NCBI GenBank assembly: GCA_035084275.1
Contig: CM068742.1
Location: 154,504,001 to 154,568,000, forward strand
Reading direction: 5' to 3'
DNA: 64,000 nt
Source of the DNA: Hydrolagus colliei
Lineage: Eukaryota
Both the position numbers and the translations under genes were made by a program. Positions 1 to 12,840 of this stretch are shown here, piece after piece; position 1 is the first letter of the stretch, and every line of letters starts with the position of its first letter. A model generated the notes under the pieces. That model was not told where the DNA came from, did no database searches, and saw nothing but the letters and a program-made list of their open reading frames with translations.

Positions 1-256
1 TGGGTTTGGCAATTGGTCAAACAGCCAAGGAGGAACTAAAGTTAAAAGTTTTATATAACACAGTTACTACTCAACAAGAATCAAAGCAGAAGGTTGCAGA
101 GTGGGCAAAGTGCCTTCACGAGAAATCGCAGACTTCTGTGTACAAAGTCTGTGTGGGAGAGCGAGCGAGCGAGCGAGCGAGCAGGCAAGACAGGCAGGTG
201 CTGGAGAGTCCATCTAGAGGAGCTAACACAGCAGTTCTGAAGGAGCTTTGTTCAGT
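1..256 (+). promoter_or_regulatory. Putative PSTPIP2 proximal promoter / 5' UTR
   Basis: Unique sequence directly upstream of the ATG at 257, with ATTGG (reverse CCAAT) near 12-16, GAGGAA (ETS/PU.1-like) near 30-35 and TATATAA near 52-58. These are motif matches only. Confidence 0.45.
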
Positions 257-289
257 ATGAGAGAATCACACTTCAGGGACAACTTCTGG
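257..289 (+). CDS. PSTPIP2: PSTPIP2 exon 1 coding part (MRESHFRDNFW)
   Basis: ATG followed by 33 nt and donor GTGAGT. Resembles the human PSTPIP2 N-terminus MTRSLFKGNFW. Phase 0 joins exon 2. Confidence 0.9.
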
Positions 290-429
290 GTGAGTTGAAC
301 ACACAGCAAGAGACCGACAGTAACTGAGAGAAAGAATGAAATAGACTTGCAGCTCCAAATCACATCTGGGTTCCAAACACTCAACATTTGGGGCAAAAAT
401 TTGATCTCACTTGAAATTTGTGGAGGAGT

Positions 430-470
<41 letters not shown>

Positions 471-851
471 GTTTCTTTGTTATCTTGCTTTCAAAAGAAT
501 CCCTTTCACTCCACCCGGCTTCCAAGTTAAGGCTAACCTGGAAGAGTTTACTTAAGTTCCTTCGGGCTCTGAAATTTCAGAGGAGGAAATGTGTCGTGTT
601 TCGCCCACAAAATGTAGTCAATTTACTTTAATAAAAACAAAATGACAGTAGAGGCACTTTGCGACGTCTCGAAGATATAATCAGATACTATATCAAATGC
701 AATTACTGTTGTAACTTTTTTCTCCCTTGTACTTCCTCCAGCACCCACTCACACCATTACCCACAGCTGGCATTAGATGCGTGGCTGTGTGTGTATATGC
801 ATGACTATGTGTGTGTGTGTGTGTGGGGGGGGGGTGGGGGGCTGCATACAC

Positions 852-1165
852 AATAATAATCCTTGCATTTGATATAGCACTTTTCACATCTTCTTGACTT
901 CTCAAAGCGCTTCACAGAATATACTTTAAAAGTGGATTGACTCTACTGGATATATATTTATGGGCGAAACGCGGCCGCCAATTGCACACAGCAGTGTCCC
1001 CGCAAACAGCCGTGGATTGAAATTTTATTATTGTGTTTTGTTTTGGATGGATTATTATGAGGTTTGTGTGTGTGGAGTAAGGAAACTTGCCCAAGGTTTC
1101 GCACTGACCAGCCTGGATTCGAACACAGGTCTCACGCTTCTAAGGCGAGCGCTCTAACCACTGAA
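852..1165 (-). mobile_element. tRNA-derived Deu-domain SINE (short variant)
   Basis: tRNA-like head with A and B boxes, core GCTGTGCGCAATTGGCTGCCGCGTTTC, L2-like tail, (ATT)n end. Confidence 0.9.
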
Positions 1166-3194
1166 GCATCTTGGGTAGGTGGGTGGAGGGGAAGCCTAGA
1201 GGTGAAAACTTACACTGTTTGATATCAGCTCCTATCTCTCCTTAACAACTAACTGCTAGTTTGCGCTAGAGGTTGAATTCATCAACATCTCAAACTGAGC
1301 TCAGAAATTCCACCCTGTTTTAGGCATTATTCACATCAAAAAACGTCTTAAGAAGCTCTTACGGAAGGAATGACCCTGAAATGTCACTACAGTCTGTGAA
1401 CTAACAAGCATTACTGGGGATTTGAACCCACAGGCCTTTTCATATCCTGGCCAACAATGTCCAAGTTAAAATGACCTCATGGGTTTGGTGGGAGGAATCA
1501 TCCCTGGCTTCTTTGCTCAGCCTAGAGTCTCCGAGATGGAATTCTCTTCAACAAAGTGGACGTTTGAAAATAATAATATTACTAATAATAATCCTTGCAT
1601 TTGCACTTTTCACATTATATCAACGTCTCAACGCGCTTCACAGAATGTACTGTCAAGTGAAGTGACCGTATATTTGTGGGAGAACCGCGGCAGCCAATTG
1701 CGCACAGCAGCGTCCCGACAAACAGCCGTGGATTGAAATGACCAATGTTTATTGTGTTTCTTTTTGGACGGATTATTATTATTATTAATTTGACCCTCTG
1801 AGAACGAGAATTTATCCTCACAACGTCTCAGAAGGTTACAAATTTAGAAACCGTGGCAAAGTGAAGGGTAACTTTCCCCACTGGAGTAAAGTTACCAGCC
1901 GTAGTGACTTAACTTTACTGTATAATGGGTAATCTCACCCCCTGAAGTTTAGTGATCAGCAAAGAGCAAATTAATCTAACCAGCATAGATTCGCTCGCCC
2001 CTGAGGTGTTTTAATAGTGTTTCTTGTTGCTTTTTTAATTCGGTGTGGCCACACTATATACAGTATATATGTATCTCTGTATTTATGTGTTATATATATC
2101 TATAGAGAGAGAGATAGATATATATATATACAGCAATTTGTGTTTGCCACCAAATTCATTTTGCCTTTGTTTCTTTATTCAAGGCTACTTTTTCAACCTA
2201 TTCCAAACCATTCAACAGCCAAATATACCAAATGTTGACACATTTATGGGTTCCTGTTTTCTGTGGTTTGATCTGTTGACTATTTGAGTAATGCACTGGG
2301 AGAAATTGTTTGGTTCTGTTTGCTGGGGGAAGGAGATGGGGGGTGGGGGTTGGTGGGAGGGGGTGTATATTGGGGATGGCGATCGCTAATGGAGGGGTTT
2401 TGAAGGGCGCAGAGTGTTAGAGCGTACATATCCACAAAAATAACTAAAGGTTGGGTTAGAGTAGCTATCCTCACACAAAGGGTGTTCTGGGCACACAGCG
2501 GAGCAGAGAGGAAGGGGAAGTCTTGTTTCAGAATGTGTTTCCATCTGTCTGGGAAAGCCTAGATTGCTTGTTGAGCAGCAATAAAAATAATCCTCGGCTT
2601 TGATACACCATTTTATCATGTCGTTGAGACGTCTCAAAGTGCTTCACAGGATGTACTGTAAAGTGGAGTGACTGTATGTGTAACTGAATAACTGGCTCCC
2701 AAACCAACGAATTAATCATTGGATGTCGGCTGCTGTTGGTACCAATTAGGCAGATTAGCTGCTGCAGTTGAAAGGAGAAGCAATGTGTTCGCTTTTGCCC
2801 AAAGGATTGATTTTTATGGAACGATCCTAGCTCCACGTCATTCCCTCGCCAACGGTGGCCGAGCTTTCGGGTCACTTTAACCCGCTGCTGTCTCCCCAAA
2901 TCCCTCGGCCTCCTCATGTCCACCCTCCCACACTGCTCGGACTCCAACCTCTACAAAGCACTTTGGAGAAGTTAGATCAGCTGTGGGCAACCTGTGACCC
3001 GTGGGACACTTTGGTCTCCCCTCAGCATAAATGATAACTAGAAAGATTGGGCCGACAATATTCCCGGGGGGGGCAGGGAATCCTCCCATTCAGTTCCCAT
3101 TATCCATACAAGTCAAAGCCCTTGTATGTGAGGCTGTCCTAGCTGGGTAAGCAGTGGGAAAACTTGCTGGGCAGCAATATCAATGGCGGCAACA

Positions 3195-3620
3195 ATAACA
3201 ACTTAATCACATTTATAGAGCGCCTTGAACAGTCAGGTCAGGACCCGAGCGGGGGGTAGGGGGGTGGGAGAGGGTCGGGGCAGGGGGAAGGGGAAGGAGA
3301 GTGGGAGAGGGGGAAGAGTTAGGAGGGGAGCAGAAGGCACGGTCGAAGAGGAGGGTCTTGAGACCGGGCTTGAAGGAGGAAAGGGAGGAAGAGAGGCGAA
3401 GGGATTGCAGGATGGAGTTCCACAGTGTGGGAGCAGAGAGGCTGAAAGCCAGTCCATTGATGGTGGGGCGTTTCGGGTGGGGGACGGGGAGCAGGCCAGA
3501 GCTGGCTGAGCGGAGGGGACGTGCAGGCTGATAGGGAGACAGCAGGTCGGAGAGATAGCGGGGAAAAGGCCATGAAAGACCTTGAAGGTGAGGACGAGGA
3601 TCTTGAATTTGATCCTCTAG
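3195..3620 (-). mobile_element. Older L2 3' fragment
   Basis: PTINGLAFSLSAPTLWNS..FK..LKT frame and L2 tail. Confidence 0.8.
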
Positions 3621-4741
3621 GGGCAAGTTATGTGATTTTATCTAGTTGGACTCCAGCAGTTACCATAACACACACTCTGGAATCCCTGAGTCTTGACTAT
3701 TGCCAACTTGTCACAGTTCCAGAATTAGGTAAGCAATTCCTCCAAGGAGAGAGTGTGCATTTCATTCCAACAATCTCGCTCGCCTCACAAGCGAGAGACC
3801 TGAGTTCGATTCCAGGCAGGGCAAAATCTTAGGCAAGTTTCCTTGCTCCACACATCTAATATTAATCCCTCAAAAACAACCATAATAATTTGGTCACTCA
3901 ATCCACGACCGTTTGTGGGGTCACTGCTGTGCGCAAATGGCTGCCATGTTTCACCCATAAATATACAGTCAATTCGCTTTACAGCATAGTCTGTGAAGCG
4001 CTTTGAGACGTCTGGAAGACATGAAAAGCGCGACATCAAATGCAAGGATTAGTATCATTATTGTTATCCCTGGAATTTCCACGTGAGATTGGGATCCATG
4101 GACTTTGGTAGGATTCATCTAAAACTTTGATGCCCACAAATATACAATCGGTTTTCCCCTCCCCCCACCCTGCTCTGGTCCCGGCCTGACTGTTCAGCGT
4201 CTTGGGATGTCCTCCCAACGTGAAAGGCACTCTATAAATGTAGTATTGATTGGTTGGTTGGTTAGTTGATTAATTAAGCATGGTGATGCTGATTTCCATA
4301 TGTGCCAGAAACTCACCTGGCACCCCGAGTAATATGAAGGACCTTAAGTGCAAATTGGCGCCTATTGTACAAAACAGCTCTGGGATGTTCTAACATACAA
4401 AGTCAATGTACCAGAGATGAGTGTGGCTGATTCTGTTCAGGTGTTGAGAGGCGTGTTCTATTTTGCACAATGAATCACTTTGTATCACTGCAACAGGAAG
4501 AATTCCAGCAATCAAAGGTAACTGAACTCTCAAACATGTTCCCACTGATTCACTGATATCAAACTATTCTGATCTTCACTGTGAAATTCCATTTCCCCAT
4601 TCCTGGCACCCCTCGCCCGCCTTCCTAGCTCCACCCGCTACATGTTCCAACTAATCACAGCCTAGAACCTCCGATAATAACAGTCATTGCATTTGATTTA
4701 GTGCCTTATCATACCATTAAGATGTCTCAAAGCGCTTCACT

Positions 4742-5565
4742 GTGATTGGCTCACGTCAGCCCCTCCGCACCTCAGGCGCTGACAACATCAGTGTTCAAGG
4801 CTGCTCTCTCCACCTCTCGAAGCCAATCAGGAATCTGGGCGTCTTGTTCGACCCCGAGCTGTCCTTCCTCCCTCACATCCGCTCCATGACCAGCACAGCC
4901 TTCCATCACCTCCTCAATATTGCCAGACTCCGCCACTACCTCACCCCCCACGCCGCCAAAACCCTCGTCCCTCAGGCCTTTATCACAGGCTCCACTCTCT
5001 CCTCGTCGGCCTCCCCAGCTCCTCCCTTCACAGGCTGCAGATCATTCAGAATTCTGCAGCTCGTGTTCTCTCCTGTACCAGGCTTCACGACCACATCACT
5101 CCCCCCCTCGCCCGTCCCCACTGGCTCCCGTCACCCAGAGGATCCAATTCAAGATCCTCGTCCTCACTTTCAAGGCCATTCACGGCCTGGCCCCGGCCTA
5201 TCTCTCTGACCTACTGTCTCCCTACCAGCCTCCCCCGTCCCCTCCGTTCAGCAGCCTCAGGCCTGCTCCGCGTCCACCCCCCTAACCCCCCAACCATCGG
5301 GGGCCGGGCTCTCAGCCTCTCTGCTCCCACACTGTGGAACTCCATCCCGCAGCCCCTCCCCCTCGCTTCCTCCCTTTCCTCCTTCAAGGCCGGTCTCAAG
5401 ACCTTCCTCTTTGACCGCGCGTTCGGCTGCCCCACTAACTCTTCCCCCTCTCCTTCCCCTTTCCCCCACCCCGATCCCCCCCCACCCACCCCCCACCCGG
5501 GAACAACTGTTCAGCGCTTTGGGACATCCTCCCGACGTGAAAGGCGCCATATAAGTGCAATTCTG
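4742..5565 (+). mobile_element. Older L2 3' fragment
   Basis: LHLSKPIRNLGVLFD...ARLRHYLT frame plus L2 tail ending (GTT)n. Confidence 0.85.
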
Positions 5566-6141
5566 TTGTTGTTGTTGAAGTTGTTGAAATGACTGTATAT
5601 TTTTGGGGCGAAACATGGCGGCCAATTATGCACAGCAGTGTCGCACAAACAGTCGGTGGATTGAGTGACCAAACTATTATTTTTTAAATAAATTTTTTGA
5701 AGGGATCATAGCGCTGAGTGAGGAGTGACCACTGGCACAGACATGTTGGGGAGAGAGCAGGGAATAGGATTAGGGTAGAGAACTCTAGAGGGGGGTGCAA
5801 GCACCAGCACAGATCACGGATTCAATAGCCAATTGTTCAGGGCTGAAATGCATTATTAATAATAATAATCCTTGCATTTGGTATAGCTGCTTTTCACATA
5901 TTCGTGACGTCTCAAAGCGCTTCATAGAATATATTGTAAAGTGAATTGACTGTATATTTGCGGGTGAAATGTACCAGCCAATTGTGCGCAATTTGATTCT
6001 TCCTCAATCTCTGTTTATAATAAACTAATAATCTAATCGGCAATTGTCTTTAACAGGAATCTGTTTAGGAACAAGGATCTGTAAAGAAGTGCCTTTCATT
6101 CTGATTTACAGAATAAGGAACAAGGATTTTTTCTCAATCAA

Positions 6142-6285
6142 GAGTTCTGACAAAGGGTCGTGGATCCGAAACGTTGACTCACTTTCCTTTCTCTATAGAT
6201 TTACCTGACCTGCTTAGTTTTCCCAGCAACTTCTGTTTTTGTTTCAGATTTCCAGCATCTGTAGTACGGTATTTTGTGTTTTGTT
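6142..6285 (+). mobile_element. Copy of the hammerhead-bearing repeat (core CTGACAA, mutated)
   Basis: High identity to 25159-25300. Confidence 0.8.
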
Positions 6286-6484
6286 GTTTCTCAATCTCTT
6301 TCTTTTACAAACGTTTAGCCAAGAATTGTCATGAGCAGGAATGTGTTCATCAACCAGGAAAGCCCTTGCGTTCTGAACCACAACTTCCTATTCTTTGCAA
6401 ACTCACAGTTAATTCCCTCTTATACTCACACGCCTCTCAGTAATTATCACTCTATTGGATGCAGGTTCTTATAAGGTTAAGACA

Positions 6485-7206
6485 TCAATGGTAATGTCGT
6501 GGAATAACTCACAAAGAGATCAGGTTACTCTTGTAAAGCACAAACAGTCATTTAATACACCAACGGCTGAAAGGAGAAGTACCCTCACAGGTCAGATACC
6601 GAGGTGGTACTTCTAAGGAACTAATAGAAATACAACAGTTTATATCTTATTCTTTTGCACACCGCGTGACAGTAGTACAAGTTCCTTTAACCAATTACAG
6701 CAATCCACCTAATCAATAAAAGTGAATGTGGGAAGAGAGTTGAACTCTATTTACATTAGCCATGGGGTGCAAAAAGGGCAGCATCTGTTACAACAGAACT
6801 AGACAACCACAAGTTGCAAACTGAAAGATTAAATTTTCAAAGAAAGAAGTAAATCATCTTTAATGATCAGGCATATACTGAAGCGATTGATTACCAAATA
6901 CAATAAGCAGGGAATGTCTAATCTAAACAAGCACAAGCCTTTCTCCCTTCTTCGGTCTGGACTATGTCATACAACTGACGTTTGCTGATACCCCTACTGA
7001 CCTCTGGAACTTCTAAGGGAGACTAAGAAACAGCTAACAATGTCCAGGGGAAACTAAGAAACAGCTAACATGGTTTCTGATTTTTAACATGGTTTCCACA
7101 TTCATCTATGTGGTTTTAGCTGATAAGACTCCGAAGCCCAGTGAAGCGAGTTGCGAGGTGGGATTCTAATCCATACACTTGTGTCTCACGAGAACACTAC
7201 CATTGA
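6485..7206 (-). mobile_element. Solo-LTR-like element with inverted terminal sequences
   Basis: TG...CA ends at 6495 and 7196. Minus-strand TATAAA (~6640) lies upstream of ATTAAA (~6553). Internal ~20-bp direct repeat at ~7023 and ~7053. Flanks TCAATGGTA / TACCATTGA. Confidence 0.5.
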
Positions 7207-8459
7207 GTGAGGCTGATAAAGGGATGCTACGGTGGAGATGTGGGAGCCAATGTCTGAGTAAACGTGTTGCCTGCAACATGAATACAGAACATATTTGTGA
7301 CTTCCTTCCTCACATCCAACTTCCTGATTTCACCCCCAGTGTCTTCCTCGCATGCTCAACCACAGAAGAGGAAGGCGAGAGAGACTGAATGGTGTTCACT
7401 GTGGGATGAGTCAGTCATAGCGCTTGTTCCTCATGCCTGAGGATTGCCAGATTGTGTTGGGCTCAGCTAACTCCACAAAGGGCAAACCCCAAACCCATTG
7501 GATTTGCAGATCAGATCAAGTCTAGTCCAGGAGATACAATCATTCCTATTGTACAATACACAATATAGTTCCATATGTTAGCCTGGCTAAGAAGTTTGTG
7601 GGTTCAAGCCCCATTTCAGGACTTTATTGGGGAATCCTGCAGTTTTAGTGCACTCGCCTTACGAGCGAGAGGACCTGGGTTTGATTCCCAGTCAGGCTGA
7701 AACCTTGGGCACTTTTCCTTGCATTATTGCGTTCCTCCGCATGCCTCTCTTTACCGGGCAGTAAGTAGGAATGCAGTCCTTTGGCGGATCCCTTTCCGAG
7801 GGTAATAATCCCTTTTTAAAAAAATCGAAACAAATAACTTGATCGCTCACTCACTTCATGGCTGTTACTGTGAACAAATTGGTTGCTGCGTATGCCTACA
7901 AAACACACAGTCGCAACACTTTAGAGGCGAGAGGTCTTTGAGAGGTTTATCCTGCAAGGGATTGTTATGATTACGGTATGGTGATGGAATTCATATACTT
8001 ATGAGGAACCATGATCCAATCCATTCTTTAACAAGAAAACAAGACGAAACATGCAATTGTACCTCTGAATCATCAATATTCATTCCAAATTGCCCTTCAC
8101 TTCTCTTAAACAATTTCTTTTCAGCAGGCTCTAGTTAGGCCTTCAGCCTTTCTGCTCCCTCGCTTTGGAACTCCATTCTCCAGTGCCTTTGCCTCTCCAC
8201 CCGCTCCCTTGCCTCCTTCAAGGCCCTTCTCTTCGACCATGCCTTCGGTCACCCTTCTACCCCTCTCTGTCGTCCATCCCTCCTGAACCTAACCTGCAGG
8301 TCGTTCCAAACCCCAGACTCATTGGGATGTCCTCCTGAGGTGCAAGCCACGATGTAAATGTAATTTGTGGTTGCTGTTGTGTGTCACTCCAGGGCAGACT
8401 GGCTGTATCAATAGGAATTCGATGATGCAAACATCCTTTGTTTGTGACTTTAAGACCAA

Positions 8460-8780
8460 GGTCCTGTAGCTCAGTGGATAGAGCACTCGTCTTACAAGTG
8501 TGAGACCTGTGTTCGAATCCAGGCAGATCTGGGTGAAACCTTGGGCAAATTTCCTAACTCCACATGGCTGATAATAATCCGTCCCAAAAAAATACAATAA
8601 TCAAATTGGTCATTTCAATCCACGACTGTTTGTGGGGACACTGCTGTGCGCAATTGGCTGCTGTGTTTCGCCCACAATATATACAGTCCTTTCACTTTAC
8701 AGTATATTCTGTGAAGCACTTTGAGATGTCGATAATATGTGAAGAGTACTATAGGTATTTCAAAAATGCAAGGATTATTA
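8460..8780 (+). mobile_element. tRNA-derived Deu-domain SINE
   Basis: Full head-core-tail structure. Confidence 0.9.
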
Positions 8781-9169
8781 TTATTACTGTATTACCTGTG
8801 CCACTCCAGGCGGACATTAAAGATCTCCCACGGGGGCAAAGAGAAGGAAGGGAATTTCTCTGGTGTTATGGCCCAGAATGAACCGGATAAAATAGTTTGT
8901 TCACTTCATGGCTGCCTGCGGGTTGATGCTTGTGAGCTAATTGGCTGCTGGCTTTTTTTTTGGAACAATTCCACAGTCATGAAATATGACAGCAATTAAC
9001 TGTGAAAAACATTCCAACGTTAAAGGCGCTATAAATCCGATCAGATTTTGGACTGCCTCAATTGTTATTTAACCTTGGGCAAAGGGGTTCAATGTTCCAA
9101 CACGCTAATTCTCAGGTTCATCCAGTTGATGTTACTGTGGGCTCGAAGGGAGACTGGGATGATTATAAA

Positions 9170-9485
9170 TAATAATAATAATCCTTGCATTTGATATAGT
9201 GCTTTTCACCTCTTATCAACATCTCAAAGCGCTTCACAGAATATACTGTAAAGTGAAGTGACTGTACATTTGTGGGCCAAATGCGGCAGCCAATTGCGCA
9301 CAGCAGCGTCCCCACAAACAGCCGTGGGTTGAAAATGATCAATTTATTGTTGTTTTTTGTTTGGAGGGATTATTATTAGGCTTGTAGAGTAAGGAAACTT
9401 TGCAAAGTTTCGCCCTGACCTGCCTGGATTCGAACACAGGTCTCACGCTTGTAAGGCGAGCGCTCTAACCACTGAGCTACAGGGA
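9170..9485 (-). mobile_element. tRNA-derived Deu-domain SINE
   Basis: Full head-core-tail structure. Confidence 0.9.
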
Positions 9486-9976
9486 TCAGGATTCGGGTTG
9501 AATTCCGTGGCAGGGTGAAACCATAGGCAAGTTTCCTTACTCTACAAAGCTCTGTTTACCTAGCAGTCAGTTAGGAATACTTCACTGTATATTCTGTGAA
9601 GCACATGGTGACGTCTCAATGACTTGATAAGGCACCATGTCGAATACAAGGATTATTATAATGATTATTATAAACTGTACAAAGAGGGGAATGTATAAAT
9701 CTCTGCTACAAACTGGAATTGAATCAGAGTTTGTCAATGCGTTTGAAAATGAATTGGATATAGGCTTGAAGAGAAGGAATATTGCAAGGTATGGGGGAGG
9801 GTTTGCTGGAAGGGGGGTGTGAATTCAGATTGGACAACTCACTCAGCAATATAGATTTGACGGAATTATAGCTGTGCTGGAATTACCCCTAATCACATTG
9901 TGTCTATATTTTGAATCACTGACTACCTGCATTTTCCAAGGCTACATGTCTGTGTTACTGTGTTACTGTGTTACCG

Positions 9977-11060
9977 AGGGCTCTGTCCTCGGTCCCCTCC
10001 TTTTCACCCTTTACACGCTCCCTCTGGGCGATGTCATCCGCAGACATGGGGTAAATTTCCACATGTATGCGGACGACACCCAGTTGTACCTTTCTGCCTC
10101 ATCCCTCAACCCCCAGACGATCGATGTTCTGACAGCATGTCTGTCCGACATCGAGTCGTGGACGAGGGACAACTTTTTGCAATTGAACGTGAGTAAGACC
10201 GAGGCCCTCCTGATTGGCTCAAGCCAGCGCCTCCGCACATCGGGCACTGCCAGCCTCAATATCCAAGGCTGTACTCTCCACCTCACAAAGCCAATCAGGA
10301 ACCTCGGCTTCATGTTCGATCAAAAACTTTCCTTCCTCCCCCACATCCGTGCCTTGACCGGCACCGCTTATTTCCACCTGCGCAATATTGCCAGGCTCCG
10401 CAACTATCTTACCCCCCGCGCTGCTGAAACACTCGTGCACGCATACATCACCTCACTGCTGGACTACGGAAATTCTCTCCTCGTCGGCCTCCCCAGTTCC
10501 TCCATTCACAGGCTGCAGGCCATCCAAAACTCTGCAGCCCGTGTACTATCCCGCACCCGCCTCCGCGACCACATAACCCCCACCCTCGCCCGTCTCCACT
10601 GGCTCCCCATCCTCCAGAGGATCGAGTTCAAGATCCTCGTCCTCACCTACAAGGCCTTACACGGCCTTGCCCCGCCCTATTTAACCGATCTACTCTACCC
10701 CTACACGCCCACCCGGACCCTCCGTTCAACAGGACTTGGCCTGCTCCAAGCCCCCCGCCCGAACCGCCCCACCATCGGAGGCCGGGCCTTCAGTTTCTCC
10801 GCTCCCACCCTATGGAATGCCATCCCTCAATCCCTCCGTTTCGTCTCTTCCCTTTCCTCTTTCAAGGCCGGTTTGAAGACATTCCTCTTCAATTGTGCCT
10901 TCTGTTCCACCCCGAACTCTTTTACCTCCCCTTCGTGTTTCACCCCTTCCCAAACACTCCCCTCCCAGCTCGGGTCACACGCCTCCTGTGCAGCGCCTTG
11001 GGACGTCCTCCCGACGTGAAAGGCGCTCTATAAATGTAATTTGTTGTTGTTGTTGTTGTT
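9977..11060 (+). mobile_element. L2 LINE 3' fragment, same young family
   Basis: Open RT C-terminus ([13 protein letters not shown]) to the stop at 11019, then (GTT)n tail. Confidence 0.95.
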
Positions 11061-11069
11061 GGTTACCAA

Positions 11070-11158
11070 CCCAGGTAGCAAGCCCATATGGGCCCCATAT
11101 GGGACAAATTGGCGTTGATCCATGCCCATATGGGCCCCACATGGGCTTGCTACCTGGG
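11070..11158. mobile_element. 89-bp palindromic MITE with CCC termini and AA duplication
   Basis: ~34-bp TIR CCCAGGTAGCAAGCCCAT(A/G)TGGG..CCATATGGG, with AA on both flanks. Confidence 0.65.
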
Positions 11159-12519
11159 AACCAGCCAACAACAACAACAACAACAAAGATGACATTTGTA
11201 TAGTGCCTTTCGCTTCAGGAGGACATCCCAAGGTGCTGGATAGTCAGTGTTTCGTACTTAAGCTGGGGTCAGGATCGGGGAGGGAGGAAGGTAGGGGGTG
11301 GTGAACGAGGGCACGGTCAACGAGGAGGTTCTTGAGGTGGGACTTGAAGGAGGCTAGGGAGCGTGTGAGGGGGAGGGATTGTGGGATGGAATTCCAAAGG
11401 TGGCTGGGGGCAGAGTGGCTGAAGGCTTGCCCGCCGTTGGTGGGGTGAGTAGGCTGGGGGACATGGAGCAGGCCAGAACCCGCTGAACGGAGGAAGCGGA
11501 CAGGTTGGCAGGGGTTAAAAGGAGATAGAAGTAGAGTGGGGCAAGGCTAATGAGGGCTAATTATTTGTAAGATAAAAAAACAAGGAAGTGCTGTGAAACA
11601 AAATCAAAAATCTGCTTGTTTTATGGTGCCCTGGTGTTATCTTTTGATATGTCTGATTGCTTCAATGTCAAACGCAATGACTGCATTTTTTTTAAATGGT
11701 CTATAAATAACATAATAACAACAACAACTTTTGATCTTTGTAACGCCCTCCATGCCGGACGGCAACTCAGAGCTCTTCACAATAGCGGATCCCGGGCCCA
11801 AGCCAGGGGCAGGGGTAGAAAGGTGACCAAAGGCGAGGTCGAAGAGAAAGGTCTTCAGCTATGACCTGAAACAGGGAAGAGAGGGGGTGAGGGGAAGGGA
11901 GGGAGTTCCAGAGCCTCGGGGCGTAGTGTCTGAAGGCACGGCCGCCGAGGGTGGAGCGGAGGATTCAGGGGGACATGGAGGAGGCCAGACCCAGTGGAAT
12001 GAGGCAACGGGAGCTGGTTTGAAGAGAGAGGAGATCAGAGAGCCAAATTCTTCATATTATTTTATAGAGGGATTATTGCCCTGGAAAGCAATCCGCCAAT
12101 TGACTAACAACCGAGTTGTCCTACAGAAGCGGGGTAAGGAAACTTGCCTAGGGTTTGGCTGCCTGGGCCTAAGTTTTCCAAACCAGGTTCCGCTCACTTA
12201 CAAGGCGAGTGCTCTTACCTAGCTAGGTGAGGGAGCTAACCACTACACTACATGATTTTATAGTTTAATGCCGCAAATTGTTGGCCTGGACAGGAAAGAC
12301 TCCCGTCTCTTTTCACCTCCGTGTGGCAAGATCTTGTCTGGACGGGCATTGATGGAACATTCTGTTCTACGTTACATACGACACTGTGTTAGAGCATGGA
12401 ATGTGAGTTCAAAGTCCCCAACATGTTGCGTTTAGCCAACAATATTCCTGTTTGATCAATCATTCACCTTGTGGCTGTGTGCGGGACATTGCCATGCGCA
12501 AAAGGGTTGCTGCTCTCAA

Positions 12520-12840
12520 ATAGTCCTGTAGCTCAGTGGTTAGAGCGCTCGTCTTACAAGCGTGAGCCCTGTGTTCGAATGCAGGCAGGTCAGGGCGAAA
12601 CCTTGGGAAAGTTTCCTTACTCCACACACACACACATGCGCCTAATAATAATCCCTCCCCAAAAAAGTAATAAAATTGGTCCACGACTGTTTGTGGGGAC
12701 GCTGCTGTGCACAATTGGCTGCCGTGTTTCACCCACGAATATACAGTCACTTCACTTTAAAATATATTCTATGAAACGCTTTGAGACGTCTAGAAGATTT
12801 GAAAAGCGCTATATCAAATGCAATGATTATTATTATTAAA
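12520..12840 (+). mobile_element. tRNA-derived Deu-domain SINE
   Basis: Full head-core-tail structure. Confidence 0.9.

Noticed and set aside
2975-3010. hAT-like terminus CAG.TGTGGGCAACCTG
   Set aside because: I could not find the matching second TIR or an 8-bp TSD.
9874-9976. Hydrophobic N-terminal extension of the 381-aa ORF
   Set aside because: Chance read-through of flanking DNA into a 5'-truncated L2.
12520-12595. tRNA gene calls for SINE heads (loop mostly CTTACAA, sometimes CTTGCAA)
   Set aside because: The acceptor stem is not closed and each head runs into a SINE body. The anticodon-like triplet does not cleanly separate the long and short variants, so no subfamily claim is made.
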